64,000 bases of DNA from Phoronis australis (lineage: Eukaryota > Animalia > Phoronida), in the NCBI GenBank assembly GCA_002633005.1, contig NMRA01000097.1:769734-833733 (forward strand), given 5' to 3'. Position 1 is the first letter of the stretch. Every line of letters starts with the position of its first letter. The notes beneath the pieces are model-generated. The model was not told the DNA's origin. It saw only the letters and a list, made by a program, of their open reading frames with translations, and did not search any database. Position numbers and translations under genes: made by a program. Positions 38,840 through 51,800 of this stretch are shown one piece after another.

Positions 38840-39028
38840 CAGTGGCGGATTTAGAGGGGGGCCAAGGGGGCCATGCCTCCCCTCCCCCTAAAATTCTCCC
38901 AGATTCTATTTGGCAGTACGGGGATGCGAATGTCTGACGGGCAAAATCGCGAATGTCTGACGGGCAAAATCCTGGCTAATACTCTGCCCTGCCCCCCTCC
39001 CTAACTCAAAATTCTGGATCCACCCCTG
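38840..39028 (+). mobile_element. MITE family A (CAGKGGCGGAT ends), 5-bp TSD TAAAG
   Basis: cagtggcggatt...ggatccacccctg flanked by TAAAG on both sides. Other copies at 19275-19564, 26763-26916, 45697-45834 (inverted) and a 3' fragment at ~1628-1669. Confidence 0.8.
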
Positions 39029-39350
39029 TAAAGGACAGTCACAAAATGAAAAGGGCACAGGGAACAGCAAATTAACGGCAGACAGGGTCAGAAGGGAAGT
39101 ACTATTGCTATTCTCAATAATAGAAGGCTTTGAATCAAAGACGTGTAGGCTTTCTTTAAGGTGTAGGGTACAGGGTCTATTGTCGCTGCGTAATTTTTGT
39201 TCTTCAGTGCCGTGGCGGAGTCGGTGCCTAATCACACCAGCATCGAAAATTCATTGGCGATCGTTCTACAGCTAGGTGTGTGGTTTTCACTTATAATGTT
39301 CTAAGCAAAATAACGAAACGTCTGCAATGTGTATATAGTATAGAATGAGG

Positions 39351-41704
39351 TAAATATGACATGGTTCACTAAAGCGCATGTTATATGTTTCTGGTGATTT
39401 GCCCTAAAACGAGAACTATATAACTTATCACTAATACAAAGATTAGACCCCTGGGAAAGGGATTCGCAGCTCCGATACTTTCTTGCGTATTATCCTAGAT
39501 GAGGCCCCACTCGGCCTAAATTATTTCCGGTTAGTGGGACAACAGCCTCCCGTTCAGTAACGCTAGGACCTCGCTAAAAAGCAAGACTTCGCGAGATTAC
39601 GTGAGATATTGCCGTGTATTTTAAATGAGAACACGTGACCTTGGCTAGACTTTGGCTAGGTCCTAGCGTAGGTCCTAACGTCTACTGAACGCACGCCAGC
39701 TGACCATGATTAGCAGATGACGTACTTGCTGGAAATAAAATCTGCTAATTTGGCCAGGTGTCGCTAGTGAACAATGGCAACCATTGCTTCTGCACTGAGA
39801 GCATAGATTTCGTTCATTGAAAGTGTACGGAGTTGGCGGTCCACGTATTATAGTCTATGATGGCACGTTGTGATTTTTTAATGAAACCTTGTTTTTCCTA
39901 TGGCTAATCCGAAGATTTTCAAACAACTTCTAAAGATAAAGTGCACAAATATTCATGAAAGTTTTTCAACAACCGTCACTCACACCAGTCTACGTGACTG
40001 GGGGGAGGAAACTTGTGTAACCGCCAGAATTGTTGACTCAAGGACAACTTTATCACGTCTCTTCCCACATCGGCATGTCACCGTAAAACAAGTTTGGTGG
40101 TTGGGGTTGATTGGAAACAAGAGGGCTCGTCACCTTTAAAAAATCAAAGGTACACCAGCTGCAACCAAGATCACCACCGACACTGTTGGTTATTCACAGG
40201 CTGTCTAGTATGCTTGCTGCCTTGACATTGTGTTCCTTTGCCTTAAATCCCAATAGTGAAAAGTCATAGTGTAAAGTCATAGACATTAAAAGAAAAATAC
40301 CCTCTTTATTATTTTCATTATAACATTCACAGTGACTAACTCATTGAACGTGCACTCAATCACAAGTTTTTCAGTCAACATTAATTGTCAAAGTCAGCTA
40401 ATTATATTGAGCGCTACATCGGTGGATCAAAATGGCCAACATCAAAGTCAGATAAAATAAGATCAAGGCAGTTTATTAGGTGATAAATAATACTTATGAC
40501 CTCCATTCCGACCACAGGATGACAACAGGAAACAAGATGTGATATTTTTGCCTTATTTCACAGCGTGACGTCTGAGACCTTGCAAAATTAAAACAAAACA
40601 TTCGANTAAATATGACATGGTTCACTAAAGCGCATGTTATATGTTTCTGGTGATTTGCCCTAAAACGAGAACTACATAACTTATTACTAGTACAAAGATT
40701 AGACCCCTGGGAAAGGGATTCGCAGCTCCAATACTTTCTTGCGTATTATCCTAGATGAGGCCCCACTCGGCCTAAATTATTTCCGGTTAATGTGACAACA
40801 GCTGACCATGATTAGCAGACGACGTACTTGCTGGAAATAAAACCTGCTCATTTGGCCAGGTGTCGCTAGTGAACAATGGCAATCATTGCTTCTGCACTGA
40901 GAGCACAGATTTCGTTCATTGAAAGTGTACGGAGTTGGCGGTCCACGTACTATAGTCTATGATGGCACGTTGTGATTTTTTAATGAAACCTTGTTTTTCC
41001 TATGGCTAATACGAAGATTTTCAAACAACTTCTAAGGATAAAGTGCACAAATATTCATGGAAGTTTTTCATCAACCGTCACCCACACCAGTCTACGTGAC
41101 TGGGGGGAGGAAACTTGTGTAACCGCCAGAATTGTTGACTCAAGGACAACTTTATCACGTCTCTTCCCACATCGGCATGTCACCGTAAAAGTTTGGTGGT
41201 TGGGGTTGATTGGAAACAAGAGGGCTCGTCACCTTTAAAAAATCAAAGGTACACCAGCTGCAACCAAGATCACCACCGACACTGTTGGTTATTCACAGGC
41301 TGTCTAGTATGCTTGCTGCCTTGACATTGTGTTCCTTTGCCTTAAATCCCAATAGTGAAAAGTCATAGTGTAAAGTCATAGACATTAAAAGAAAAATACC
41401 CTCTTTATTATTTTCATTATAACATTCACAGTGACTAACTCATTGAACGTGCACTCAATCACAAGTTTTTCAGTCAACATTAATTGTCAAAGTCAGCTAA
41501 TTATATTGAGCGCTACATCGGTGGATCAAAATGGCCAACATCAAAGTCAGATAAAATAAGATCAAGGCAGTTTATTAGGTGATAAATAATACTTATGACC
41601 TCCATTCCGACCACAGGATGACAACAGGAAACAAGATGTGATATTTTTGCCTTATTTCACAGCGTGACGTCTGAGACCTTGCAAAATTAAAACAAAACAT
41701 TCGA
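39351..41704 (+). repeat. Tandem near-duplicate (39351-40605 vs 40607-41704) joined by a single n; probable uncollapsed haplotypes
   Basis: The 157-bp length difference is exactly the 151-bp MITE, its 3-bp TSD and a 3-bp indel. Confidence 0.9.
39546..39696 (+). mobile_element. PIF/Harbinger-like MITE with 3-bp CAG TSD
   Basis: TIR core cgttcagta..ctagga / tcctag..tactgaacg. The empty site gacaacagctgacc is visible in the second duplicate copy (~40794-40807). Related copies at ~3001-3135 and ~4590-4710. Confidence 0.8.
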
Positions 41705-42792
41705 CACTTGCTGTTGTATGAAATGGAATGTACCCAGCTAATAGTCATATAACTTAATGGAATGTACCCAGCTAATAGTCATAGTACTTTATCAGCACTC
41801 AATACACCTTCATTTTTAGTCACAATTTTCTTTTGATTCAACAAAACAGGGAATGCCCTACAATATATATGCTTTCGAAAGACACTGTGAGCATAAACAA
41901 CTTAATGTACAAACAAATAGTTGATCTATACAATCCCTAAAGCAATAACAGCACTATATTGGAAGTGTTACAGACATCAAAATTAAAAAATTCCGCAACA
42001 CAATTGAATCACAGCCACTGACTGGAGTTTCAACCAACATTCAGCAAGGCATTCATGCAATTCGATAAGGTCACGAAAAAACAAAATAAATAACAACATA
42101 ATGTCATCCTGTCTCTACTCTATTTATTTTGTTTATTTAACTGTAATTGCTTCACCATCTGTAGTAGTCAACATTTTAACTGGACAAAAGTAAGAAAGAA
42201 AGGCAACATTTCATCATATATATGTCAAGCTAAAGAAATGAAAAATACTATCTGAACTAAGAACTTCTTACAAAGAGCACAAACTAAAAACCAAATTCCC
42301 ATATTTTGAAACTTGGGAGGACTGCGCTGTCATTGTGTAGATTTTTTATTTGACTGCTGCACATACGAACAACATCAAAAAGGAAAAAACAAAACGTGCA
42401 CTTGTGATGAGTGACTAAACTAGACTTAAATAACTGACCTCAACATTTCCCTGGCACACTGCCATAAAGGCAGGAAGTGGCCACTGAGAAACTGAAACTT
42501 TTGCAACCTTAAGAAAAATGTTAACAGTTGCAAAGGGACTCCTTAAACATAGGAAAAGGCTTGGGAAATAAACGAAACATGATTCAAAAGTAACCAACAA
42601 TATCACATACAGTACATTAGAACTTTTGAGTGTGTATTTCAGAGCTAAAACACAAATTTTAACTTCATGCGTCATGATTACAGAGAATGTGTAAAGCCAC
42701 TTGTTATGAAATAATCACATCAGCAGGACGGAATGTAGAAACTGAATGCCTGTGGGCCATCACAGCATTGTCTGACATGTTTCGGAGTGAGG

Positions 42793-42897
42793 TTACGGCA
42801 TCGCTTCTTCCGTGCTCCGTCGCTGTACCTCACTCTTGCTTCGATCGCCTGAACCAATGAGAACCTTGTTAACGGCGATAACGGCCTCTGTGACAGC
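42793..42897 (-). CDS. CAMK4: CAMK4 terminal coding exon
   Basis: ccaatag|GCT GTC...CCG TAA; encodes [34 protein letters not shown], continuing the CaM-binding helix (cf. vertebrate AAVKAVVA). Confidence 0.85.
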   Translation of the reverse strand, partial: AVTEAVIAVNKVLIGSGDRSKSEVQRRSTEEAMP

Positions 42898-45800
42898 CTA
42901 TTGGACAAAGGAAAACACCTTAAAATCTATGCACTCACGTGCTATGTATTCTGATAATCAATTTCTTGTGTGTAAGGTATTGAGGCAAATAGCAATAAAA
43001 CATCATACTCACCTGTATTATTTGTCCATTGTGAAATTCACTACACTGGGACACAGAAAAATCATTTTCCAAAAGGTTTGGGGTCATATCTGCAACTTCA
43101 AACCCCATGAGAGTATATTTTATTCAAGAGACGCTCCCCATAATGAAACCCCAGTAGGTTTTTCGAAACTAAACATTGTGAAAAATACATCCCTTTAGTG
43201 CATGCATATCCCAAGTCAGTTTAGGTGATCAACGGTCTCTTTTCAACCACTGGACATCAAGTGACCTTAGCTCTCAAAACAATAACTGAAGATTTAGAGA
43301 ATTCAGGATATTTCATCTATGGCACTGGTGTTGCTTTCCAAATGCATTCTGGGATGGTTGTCAGCTTGTAAACATACGGTGACATCACAGATAACTTGTG
43401 GACGTGTAATCTAATCAATAATTTTACAAGATTCAACTTCAGCGTGCCTCTAAGAATCTTTTGCTCAAAAGATTTGCTAATATAAAAAATGCATTTTAAG
43501 GATCTCTATCAGTCTTTTTGGTATGACGGTTGCTTGGTAACACCCACACCAAAAAGCACATCACAGTGACCCCATGCTTTCATTTTTGGTGTCTGACAAG
43601 TGCCATTTGTGATGTCACCAGATGCTCGTGAGGCGATAGCCATCCTACAATGCATGACCATCAGCGCCGTAAATAAGTCTTGCCATAGATGACATCTTGG
43701 AATTAGACAATGGTTACATTCGCGCATACCCTCAGTTTCCTCTTGCCATTGAACTCCTTCAGTTTTGTTTGCGTCCTCTCCATGTGGATAATGTTAGCAG
43801 CCTGACCTTTGACCCAGGGATGCTGTAGCGCCTGGGTTGCAGTGAGCCTGTCCTTTGGGTTTAACACAAGAAGCTTTCTCACCAAATCCTGTAAACAAAG
43901 AAAATATTTTAAATTAAAATAACCACTACATAATAATGTGCCACTTGATGTCAGGCAAGCTCCATGCTATGAACACTCCCACTTAATAAGATTGGTCCTA
44001 ACCCCAATGGTCAAGGTAAACGGTGGGGTTTGGAAAATTGAACTAGACCGTATTTATCCACCTTGGCTGAGTCGCGCTCGGCTCACGATCAAAGGGATGC
44101 AGTCAAGCTGCTCTATTCATCGAGTCACGAGCAAGGATAATTGGCTTCGCTCACGCAGATATGATCAGCTGATTACAATCTAGCTAGCAGACTGTACTTT
44201 TTATGAAGAGAGTTTTACGTAGTTTTTACTGTAATATTTGAAAAGAGGAGCGAAAACAAATATGAGTACAACTTTGAATTTTTCAAATCGGCCCAGGATA
44301 AGAGATTTTGCAACACAGCAACACTCACGATTACTTTCATTCGGCACGCACGAATACAAAAATATAGGACCCAAGTTATTTAGATTTTGGAACACATGCA
44401 TTGCAATATTCAAAATACGTTTATTATGAATTTTACAAGCTGTAAAACGTCATTCATTGTCATCCGTCAAATCGGCAATTTTCGAGATGTGATCTGCGGA
44501 GTGCGCATATGTACAAAACACGGGATTGTTATGTTCCTGAAGTACGAAAATTAAGAAACTTGAGAATGCTGTTATTATTGACAGGGACACGATAAAACGA
44601 ATTTGGATTTTGACTATAGTCTTGATACAGCGAGCTGGCTGACCACTGCGTCAGTGTCTCCGTTAGACCCAGAAATTTCACACAGCCCGGGTAGTTCACT
44701 TCGTCCCCAACATGTAGATCGAGCCTTGGACTACTCCACGGTAGAGCTAACGACCGTCGGCCTGTGCACACAAAATCTGTGAGTTAACCAGCACTCACCT
44801 TGCACATTGCAGCCGTTTAAATGAAAAAACAATCTAGTAAACGCCATTTTCCTGCATAATCCCCTGCCTTTTGTAACAAAAAAGTCTATCGTCAATGACC
44901 CACACACGCACGCTCCGGCACTCACTCTCATACGCAGACGAACTTCAAAACAACAACATGTGTGTTCATCCAGAGATTTTTCTCGTGTTGTGGGGTACGA
45001 TGTAGTGCAGATTTGCACTTAATCGCAATTAATCTGGACTCCACATGAACTTTAAAAATTGTAGAACATAAGGAAGATTTCAGGTAATTTGTTGAGTCGA
45101 AACTATATTTTTATTCAAGAGTTCAAGTTTTCCTATTGACGATGGCGATTCAGCGACGCATCAGTCGTCAAGTTTTCGCCCTGTGATGAGCACAATTTTT
45201 TGAAAAATTATCGTAATTTAACAACGGAAGTTCATAGCAATGCACCACAGTTTTGTAGAAAGACTGTCATAGGCTAAAAATACGTCACAGAGCGTAAATT
45301 TTATGAATCCTAGCTTCCGATTTTACCCGTTTGGGAAAACGGCTTTCAACTGCCGTAGGCTACAATAAGAATCCCTCCCTGTGAAATGAATTTTTCTAAG
45401 CGTTTATTAGAGCCAATACAGTATACAGCTTTCCACCAAGCCTAGGTGATGCTATGGCATTATTCTTTGTTGCATTAGTAACTGGTCTTGGCTAATTATC
45501 ATTTTATGGCCTGGTCATCCATTCAGCCAAAAGTAGTTCTAGAGGTGGCTTATCAGCCAATTATTCACGCATGCTGACTCACAATAGAAGCCTGATAAGA
45601 GTGAAGGTGGATAAATGGGGTGTTCCTACAGTTTCTTGTGCTAGTGGATGTGTTCAGGACATGCTAACAGGAACAGTGTAACAGATGGTTTAAAACCAGG
45701 GGCTGATCCAGGATTTTGAGTACGGGTTCCACGGCAGAGTATTAGCCACGATTTTGCCCGTCAGACATTTGCATCCCGGAACTTTGGGAGAATTTTAGGG

Positions 45801-48800
45801 GGCCCTTTGCCCCCCCCCCTTAAATCTGCCATTGTATACCCCCAATTTGATTGATGTGAAGTCATATCAGGCTGATTAACAATGCTGTTCTGTCTGATTA
45901 TCATTCATAGCATCATTCATGAAACACCTCTTTTAATCATTAATCATTGCTCAGTAATAAGAAATCACATAAACTATCATGATTGATGATGATCATGGCA
46001 TGGGTTCTTTAACATTCTTCTCAACCATAATTTATATCACATCATACCGCTTATATGACTTCACAGAAATCATTGACATGGATTTATGTCAACAAAAATT
46101 ATGATAAATTATGATCTGACAAGATTGCCTGTGTAAGATTAAACATCAGCCTATACACAGCTTAGTGTCCCCCAGCGTGGTTAGGACATGACCTTGTGCT
46201 CTGGCAGTGGGGAGCCAGCATATTTTTAGCACAACCACCAAATTGTATCCAGTTAAACTATTAACTTCAATTTTCAGTAATAATTTCTAATTGTGACCAT
46301 GAAGAGTCAAACTTAACACAGCAGTCAGGGTTTTAATTGAAAGTTGATATTTCGACAAACTGAAAGAAAATTACGGAGATTGGGAGTTGTATGATATAAA
46401 ACTTATTCACAAATTCAGCACACGGACTACCAAACATGGTGGCAGATGCACAAAACACTGCTCACACATTCAAAAACACACTATAAAGTTTACCAATTCA
46501 AAAGCAAAGTTCACTGACCAATCAACGCAGTAAATGGACATGGAGTTCATGCACTGTGTTAATGAGTCCAACGTCAAGTTAGTGAGTCGATAAAGGTTTT
46601 GAGTGCAAAAGTAGTGATTTTAAGTTCGACACCGTAGTGGTAGTTGATGAGCCCCGTTTGTTAATCTAAGCCCGAGTGCGTGACTTCCTGGTGAACAGCA
46701 TTATCTACCAGGCCAGTGAGTAGAGTCTATAAGTGAGGAACTATGTTGACGAGTATGACAGCTGTGTTGTTTCCACCTGACCTAGACTTTAAACTTTACC
46801 TTAGCATTCTCACTGACTTCATCCCACCAGGGGGAGTCGAAGACATAATCACATTTCATGATCTTCTTGAAAAGGTCTTCTTGTTTTTCAGCAAAAAATG
46901 GTTCATAGCCACATAACCTGAAGAAAGAAACAATGTCTCATAACGTCACATTTAACAGAAAAATATACACAGGATTTGACACATAGAAATTAAGATATTC
47001 ACCATATTCAATCAAACTGTGATGCAGAGTGATCAACTTAAAAACTGGAATTACCTCGAGCCAAATCTGAAATGGGACCAAAATAACTACCGTAATCGTT
47101 CGGGTTAACGCCCTGGGCGGTTAAATTGGCGAACCCAAAAAATCGGGGGAGGGCGGTTAACCGAGCAGTGGGCGGTTAAATCGGAAATCCACTTAAAGTC
47201 GGGGATGGGCGGTTAACTGAACATGGGCGTTAACCCGAACGATTACGGTAGTTGCAGAGTCTGTCAATACATTTCAGGAAGTCAAATGGGAGAATGTGTA
47301 CTCAGTGACCTTAACTAATCCAGTACTCCGACCACGCCGTTCGATTCCATGCCTTGACATTTGGAGTTGTCAAAACCTTCAGCAGATTTTGTTTTCTCAG
47401 TACTCTGAGAAAGCACATCTTCCTTATGGATGTTGGTTCTGACGCTAATGTGGTGGATAAGTTAGAAAGCTGCCAGGCACCAAATCAAAAACTGATTATG
47501 AAGGGACATTAGTGACGACAAAACAATGATTTTAAGAGATCAGACTCGGTGCAGAAATGAATCTGCAACTCTACGATCGTAGTCAAGCGCTTTTCTAGAG
47601 GAGCTAAATTCCACTTAGCAAATGGCAGAGTACAAATACATGGGTGCAAAAATATGAAGAAATAATTTTCAACAGTCAGAAAAGGTTAGCTTGTAACATG
47701 AGCAAACCAAACCCAAAGAAGAATTCCACACTCAGCATGACCCTGTCTCCAATTTCGCAACAGAAAATTTGACGAACTTGAGATACGCGCGAGGTCAAAG
47801 AAACCAACAACATGCATTGCCTCGGCTTCCAAATTCATCATATTCGCATCCACACAAATTACCTGTGAGATATCACAAGATGTTTGTCAGCTGACAGTTA
47901 TCCAACAATGCATTACAACTTGAAAAGCAGAGTCCGTATCGTAGATGAAATCTCCTAAACTAGGAACCCTAACTCTTCAAATCAGACACTAAAATAAAAG
48001 GCTCCACCCCAAAACATGAACCATAACAACAATTTTCAACGACGGCATTGCATGGTGTTTCAAAATAGTAACTGCAAAGTGATTAGTATACATAAAAACT
48101 GGTAAGGTAATGCCACAACATCAACACCTAGTTCAGTCCTAAGGGAGCATGCAGAGTCTCATAACTGAGTCAAACTTTTACAAATCCAAGCGTTTCCAAC
48201 GTGTGTCAGAATCTACACAACAACCCTACTGGTGGACAGCCCGAAGCTAAGGACAATTAGTCCAAAGGAACAACAACAAATGAAGCAATCCTAAGAGCAT
48301 GAAATAGTCTTCAATACTTACAGAATGTAGGTGATTACTCCAACACTCCACATATCCACAGCACAGGTGTAGCCAGGCTTGCCTTTCTCAGGATAGATTA
48401 CCTCAGGTGCTAGGAAAGATATTAATTTACAAAATTCATTCATTGTACAGTTGAGTTAATATATTGTTATAGTTACTTAATTTGAACCATGCAGGTTCAA
48501 CATGCCAATGGGTGGCCATTACACTAACATATCGAAAGCTTAATTTGCGGCTGGCTGCCCAATTCCTTTGACGAAAAGAAATGGTGGTAGGACAAAACAG
48601 CATCGAAATCATCTCTGTCACACAACCAGCATTACATTAAATGATTTTGAAAAAATTAAAGGCAACAGAAGGGCAACAACTTGAAGATTAAATGGTATAC
48701 CTTCTAGGAGCAGGCTACCCAAACAGCATGCTCAAGCATTAATACTAAACATAGGTGGGGAGCAGACTTCATTCACCAACAGAATTTCAGCAGGCCAACA

Positions 48801-51800
48801 AAAACACTGTTGATATCCCTTTTAATTATTCCCTGAATTCAAGAAACATTTTAAATTAAAATTAAAAACAGAGAAATTGTCTTACCACAGTAACCTGGAG
48901 TGCCACACACAGTTTTCATGTGAACGTCATCTCCAACAATTTTAGAAAGACCAAAGTCCGCTGGAAAACAGGAAACATAATTATCGACAAAAGTGCAAAG
49001 CTATATACTCATCAATTAAGAAAGAAGAGGGAGACAAAGCTTTGGTATACGCCCACCATGTGCATCACATACAGTACACAATTACAAGGGGGGATCATTA
49101 CCTCAAACATTCCCACCAGAGGGAGTAATGCTAGTAAACTTAATGCAGCCTCTAGGGGGCGCAAAACGTGTCAGTAGTGTTCTTCCTACAGGAACACAGC
49201 TGTCAGCAGTTTGACAAACATCATCAAAATGTCGTTAGCAATTAAATTCGTCTGAAACAAGGCAAGAGGCGTCATCTCTATGGTTGCAGTAATTTATGCG
49301 CCAAATAATAATCCACAAAGGAACTTGGTAGATATTGAGAGACAAAGAAAATCAAAATTGCAACCAGGAGCTCCACAGTATTAGGGTTTGTCTCAAAATC
49401 AGTTGTATAATAGAGCTCAAAATAAACTTGACAGCGTCAAACTTCAAAGTACTGCTGCTAATAATCCATTTCATTAGTACAAAACTCGGCCAAATCGACG
49501 CCAAAGTCTTCAACAGTTTTGCATCTGGTCGTTTGGCACTTTGCCAAAATTAGGAGGCAAACTAGGGTTCCAGACTCCCAGCATGCAACATTAGAAATTT
49601 TGAATTAAGCGAGAGCAGTGCTCTTTTACAAGAGCAACACGGAGCGTTGAAATGCACCCACGACTGCACCGCAAATGGTGTGCTTCTAGGGGTGTTTATT
49701 TGTATCATCCCATTAAATGGCTCAGAATACACTGAACCCACCCAAAAATGGGAAGATGTCGTTGTCTTTCAAAATTGTTTGCCAAATGTTATGAAACTCC
49801 ATCAAAGAACTTCAAGGATACAAAGACAAACGTAAAAAAACAAACTGCCATTATGAACCACAGCAGTTGTTGAATCTATCTATCTGCTGTGACGTTAATA
49901 GGAATACAATTGCAAAATTTCTTGCAAGGTGTTTAGGAGAAACAGTCGTAGAAGCAGAAAAATGTCACTAGTGGGCACCACATTAGTTGGACCCATTTGA
50001 AAATCCACATCAGTCATGCTCTTGTCAGTAGGAACATATCTATTAATTTTCATTACGATCCTCTGTGAGGTTTGGCAGATACAGAAGCAAACTACAAAAA
50101 ACAGACTAAGAATAATTAAAATGGTCACTAGTTGGTGCAGAACATGTCGAATTCATCCCAACAGGAAAGATGCTGTCGTCGTCTTACTAGACATTTATTT
50201 GCCCAATTTCATGAAAAGCGTCAAGGAACTCTGAAGTCGTTGCACAGGCAAACGTAAAAAATAAAATTGTAACAAAAGGGAGCACAGCTGTAGTTGAATT
50301 GGTGTGAAAGTGGCCGTCATATGTTGCCATCTCAACCAATATTTAAAAAAATTCATGAAAATTCATCAAAGAACTCTGCAGAAACAGAGATCGGTGTAAA
50401 AAAGAACAATAATCCCAAGCAGTAGTCGTATCCATCTGAAAGTCGTCATCATTGGATGTCAGGTTCATAGGGAGAACTACAGACCAATCATGCAAGGGTT
50501 CAGGAGAAAAATACAGCCACAGACGCTGTACAGAAGGGTGGCAGATAAAGATGATAGCAATATGTAGCCAGTACAATATGTGTATGCATAGAAAGGAAGT
50601 TCAGATATGAGAAAAACTTTAGAGCTATAAATACTAATATAATTAACTTGGGAAAATTTGAAACAAACGGAAATACTTCTGATCAATTAAAGGCATTAAT
50701 TATGGGATAATTATAGTAACTAAATAAGCTAGCAATTAGTTTCCATTCATTGAACTTATTTTCATTCAAAACAGAGCTGTGATTTAATGCTTCCGCTACA
50801 AAAAGTGACAATGCACTTCTCACTGACAGTTTTTAGCACAAACAATTGGTCGTCTTTTTCTTTGGTACACTTGTGTATCAAAGCTTCCTTGGTGATCATA
50901 TTTCGACATTGCTATTTTGACTTATCCATTCTTAGGAGCAAAACGTACACTTCATAGATAAAAGCGCGTTCATTTTCTACAACTTCGTGATCACACCCTG
51001 CACATATGGAAGTCAATCCACACTATACACAACATTACAACAGCATCTTTAGGTAACACGTGAAATGTTAAATTAATGACAAATCTGACACTCAGGACTC
51101 CAGCAACGCCTACATCAGAGCAACAAACACTTCATCAAAATGTCCACTGTATTCAGAGTGGTACAGAGTGGTAGGTCAGGGTCAGTGCTCACCAACTTTA
51201 AGAGGAGAATCGTCTTTGTTGTCATAATACAGTAGGTTTTCTGGTTTTAAATCTCTGTGGACAACATCGTTCTCGTGTAGATACTGAAAATCAAAATAGA
51301 AAACAATACATTTTGACCTAAGAATGTTATTAATAAACCAAACATCTTTTGTTGACACGTTCTCTTCCAAAAAATCAGGCTATATCAGACACATTTCGGA
51401 CCCTTGCATGTTGTATATTAAAAACACTTGTCAACTTAATTTAACCCAGACAAATACTACAGTTTTTAACTGTAACAATCAGTGGAGGACAAAAAGAAAA
51501 TTAATTACAGTACACGAAATCCCTTGAAACAATTTAAGAGTTAAAAGTATTCGTCACAAAAAATTATTTTACCTTCATTGCGTGGCAAATTCTTTCACCA
51601 TATTTTTAGCCTGCCCTTTGTGTGAAAACTCGTCTTTAAGGACTCACCTTCACTGCCTCCAGCATCTGGGAAACACATGCTGCCGCATCCTTCTCACTGT
51701 AGAAACCGCGTGTGACGATTCTACAATAGAAACAGGAGCCAATTAGAATACAGAATGCACCGCACGCACGCACGGATGCACGCATGCACACACACACACA

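Noticed and set aside
39900-41238. Twin 78-79 aa ORFs (MANPKIFK../MANTKIFK..)
   Set aside because: Products of the haplotype duplication downstream of CAMK4, with no recognisable domain.
44070-45617. Possible 1.5-kb element bounded by atttatccacctt / aaggtggataaat
   Set aside because: Only a 13-bp inverted match, with no TSD or second copy in the window.
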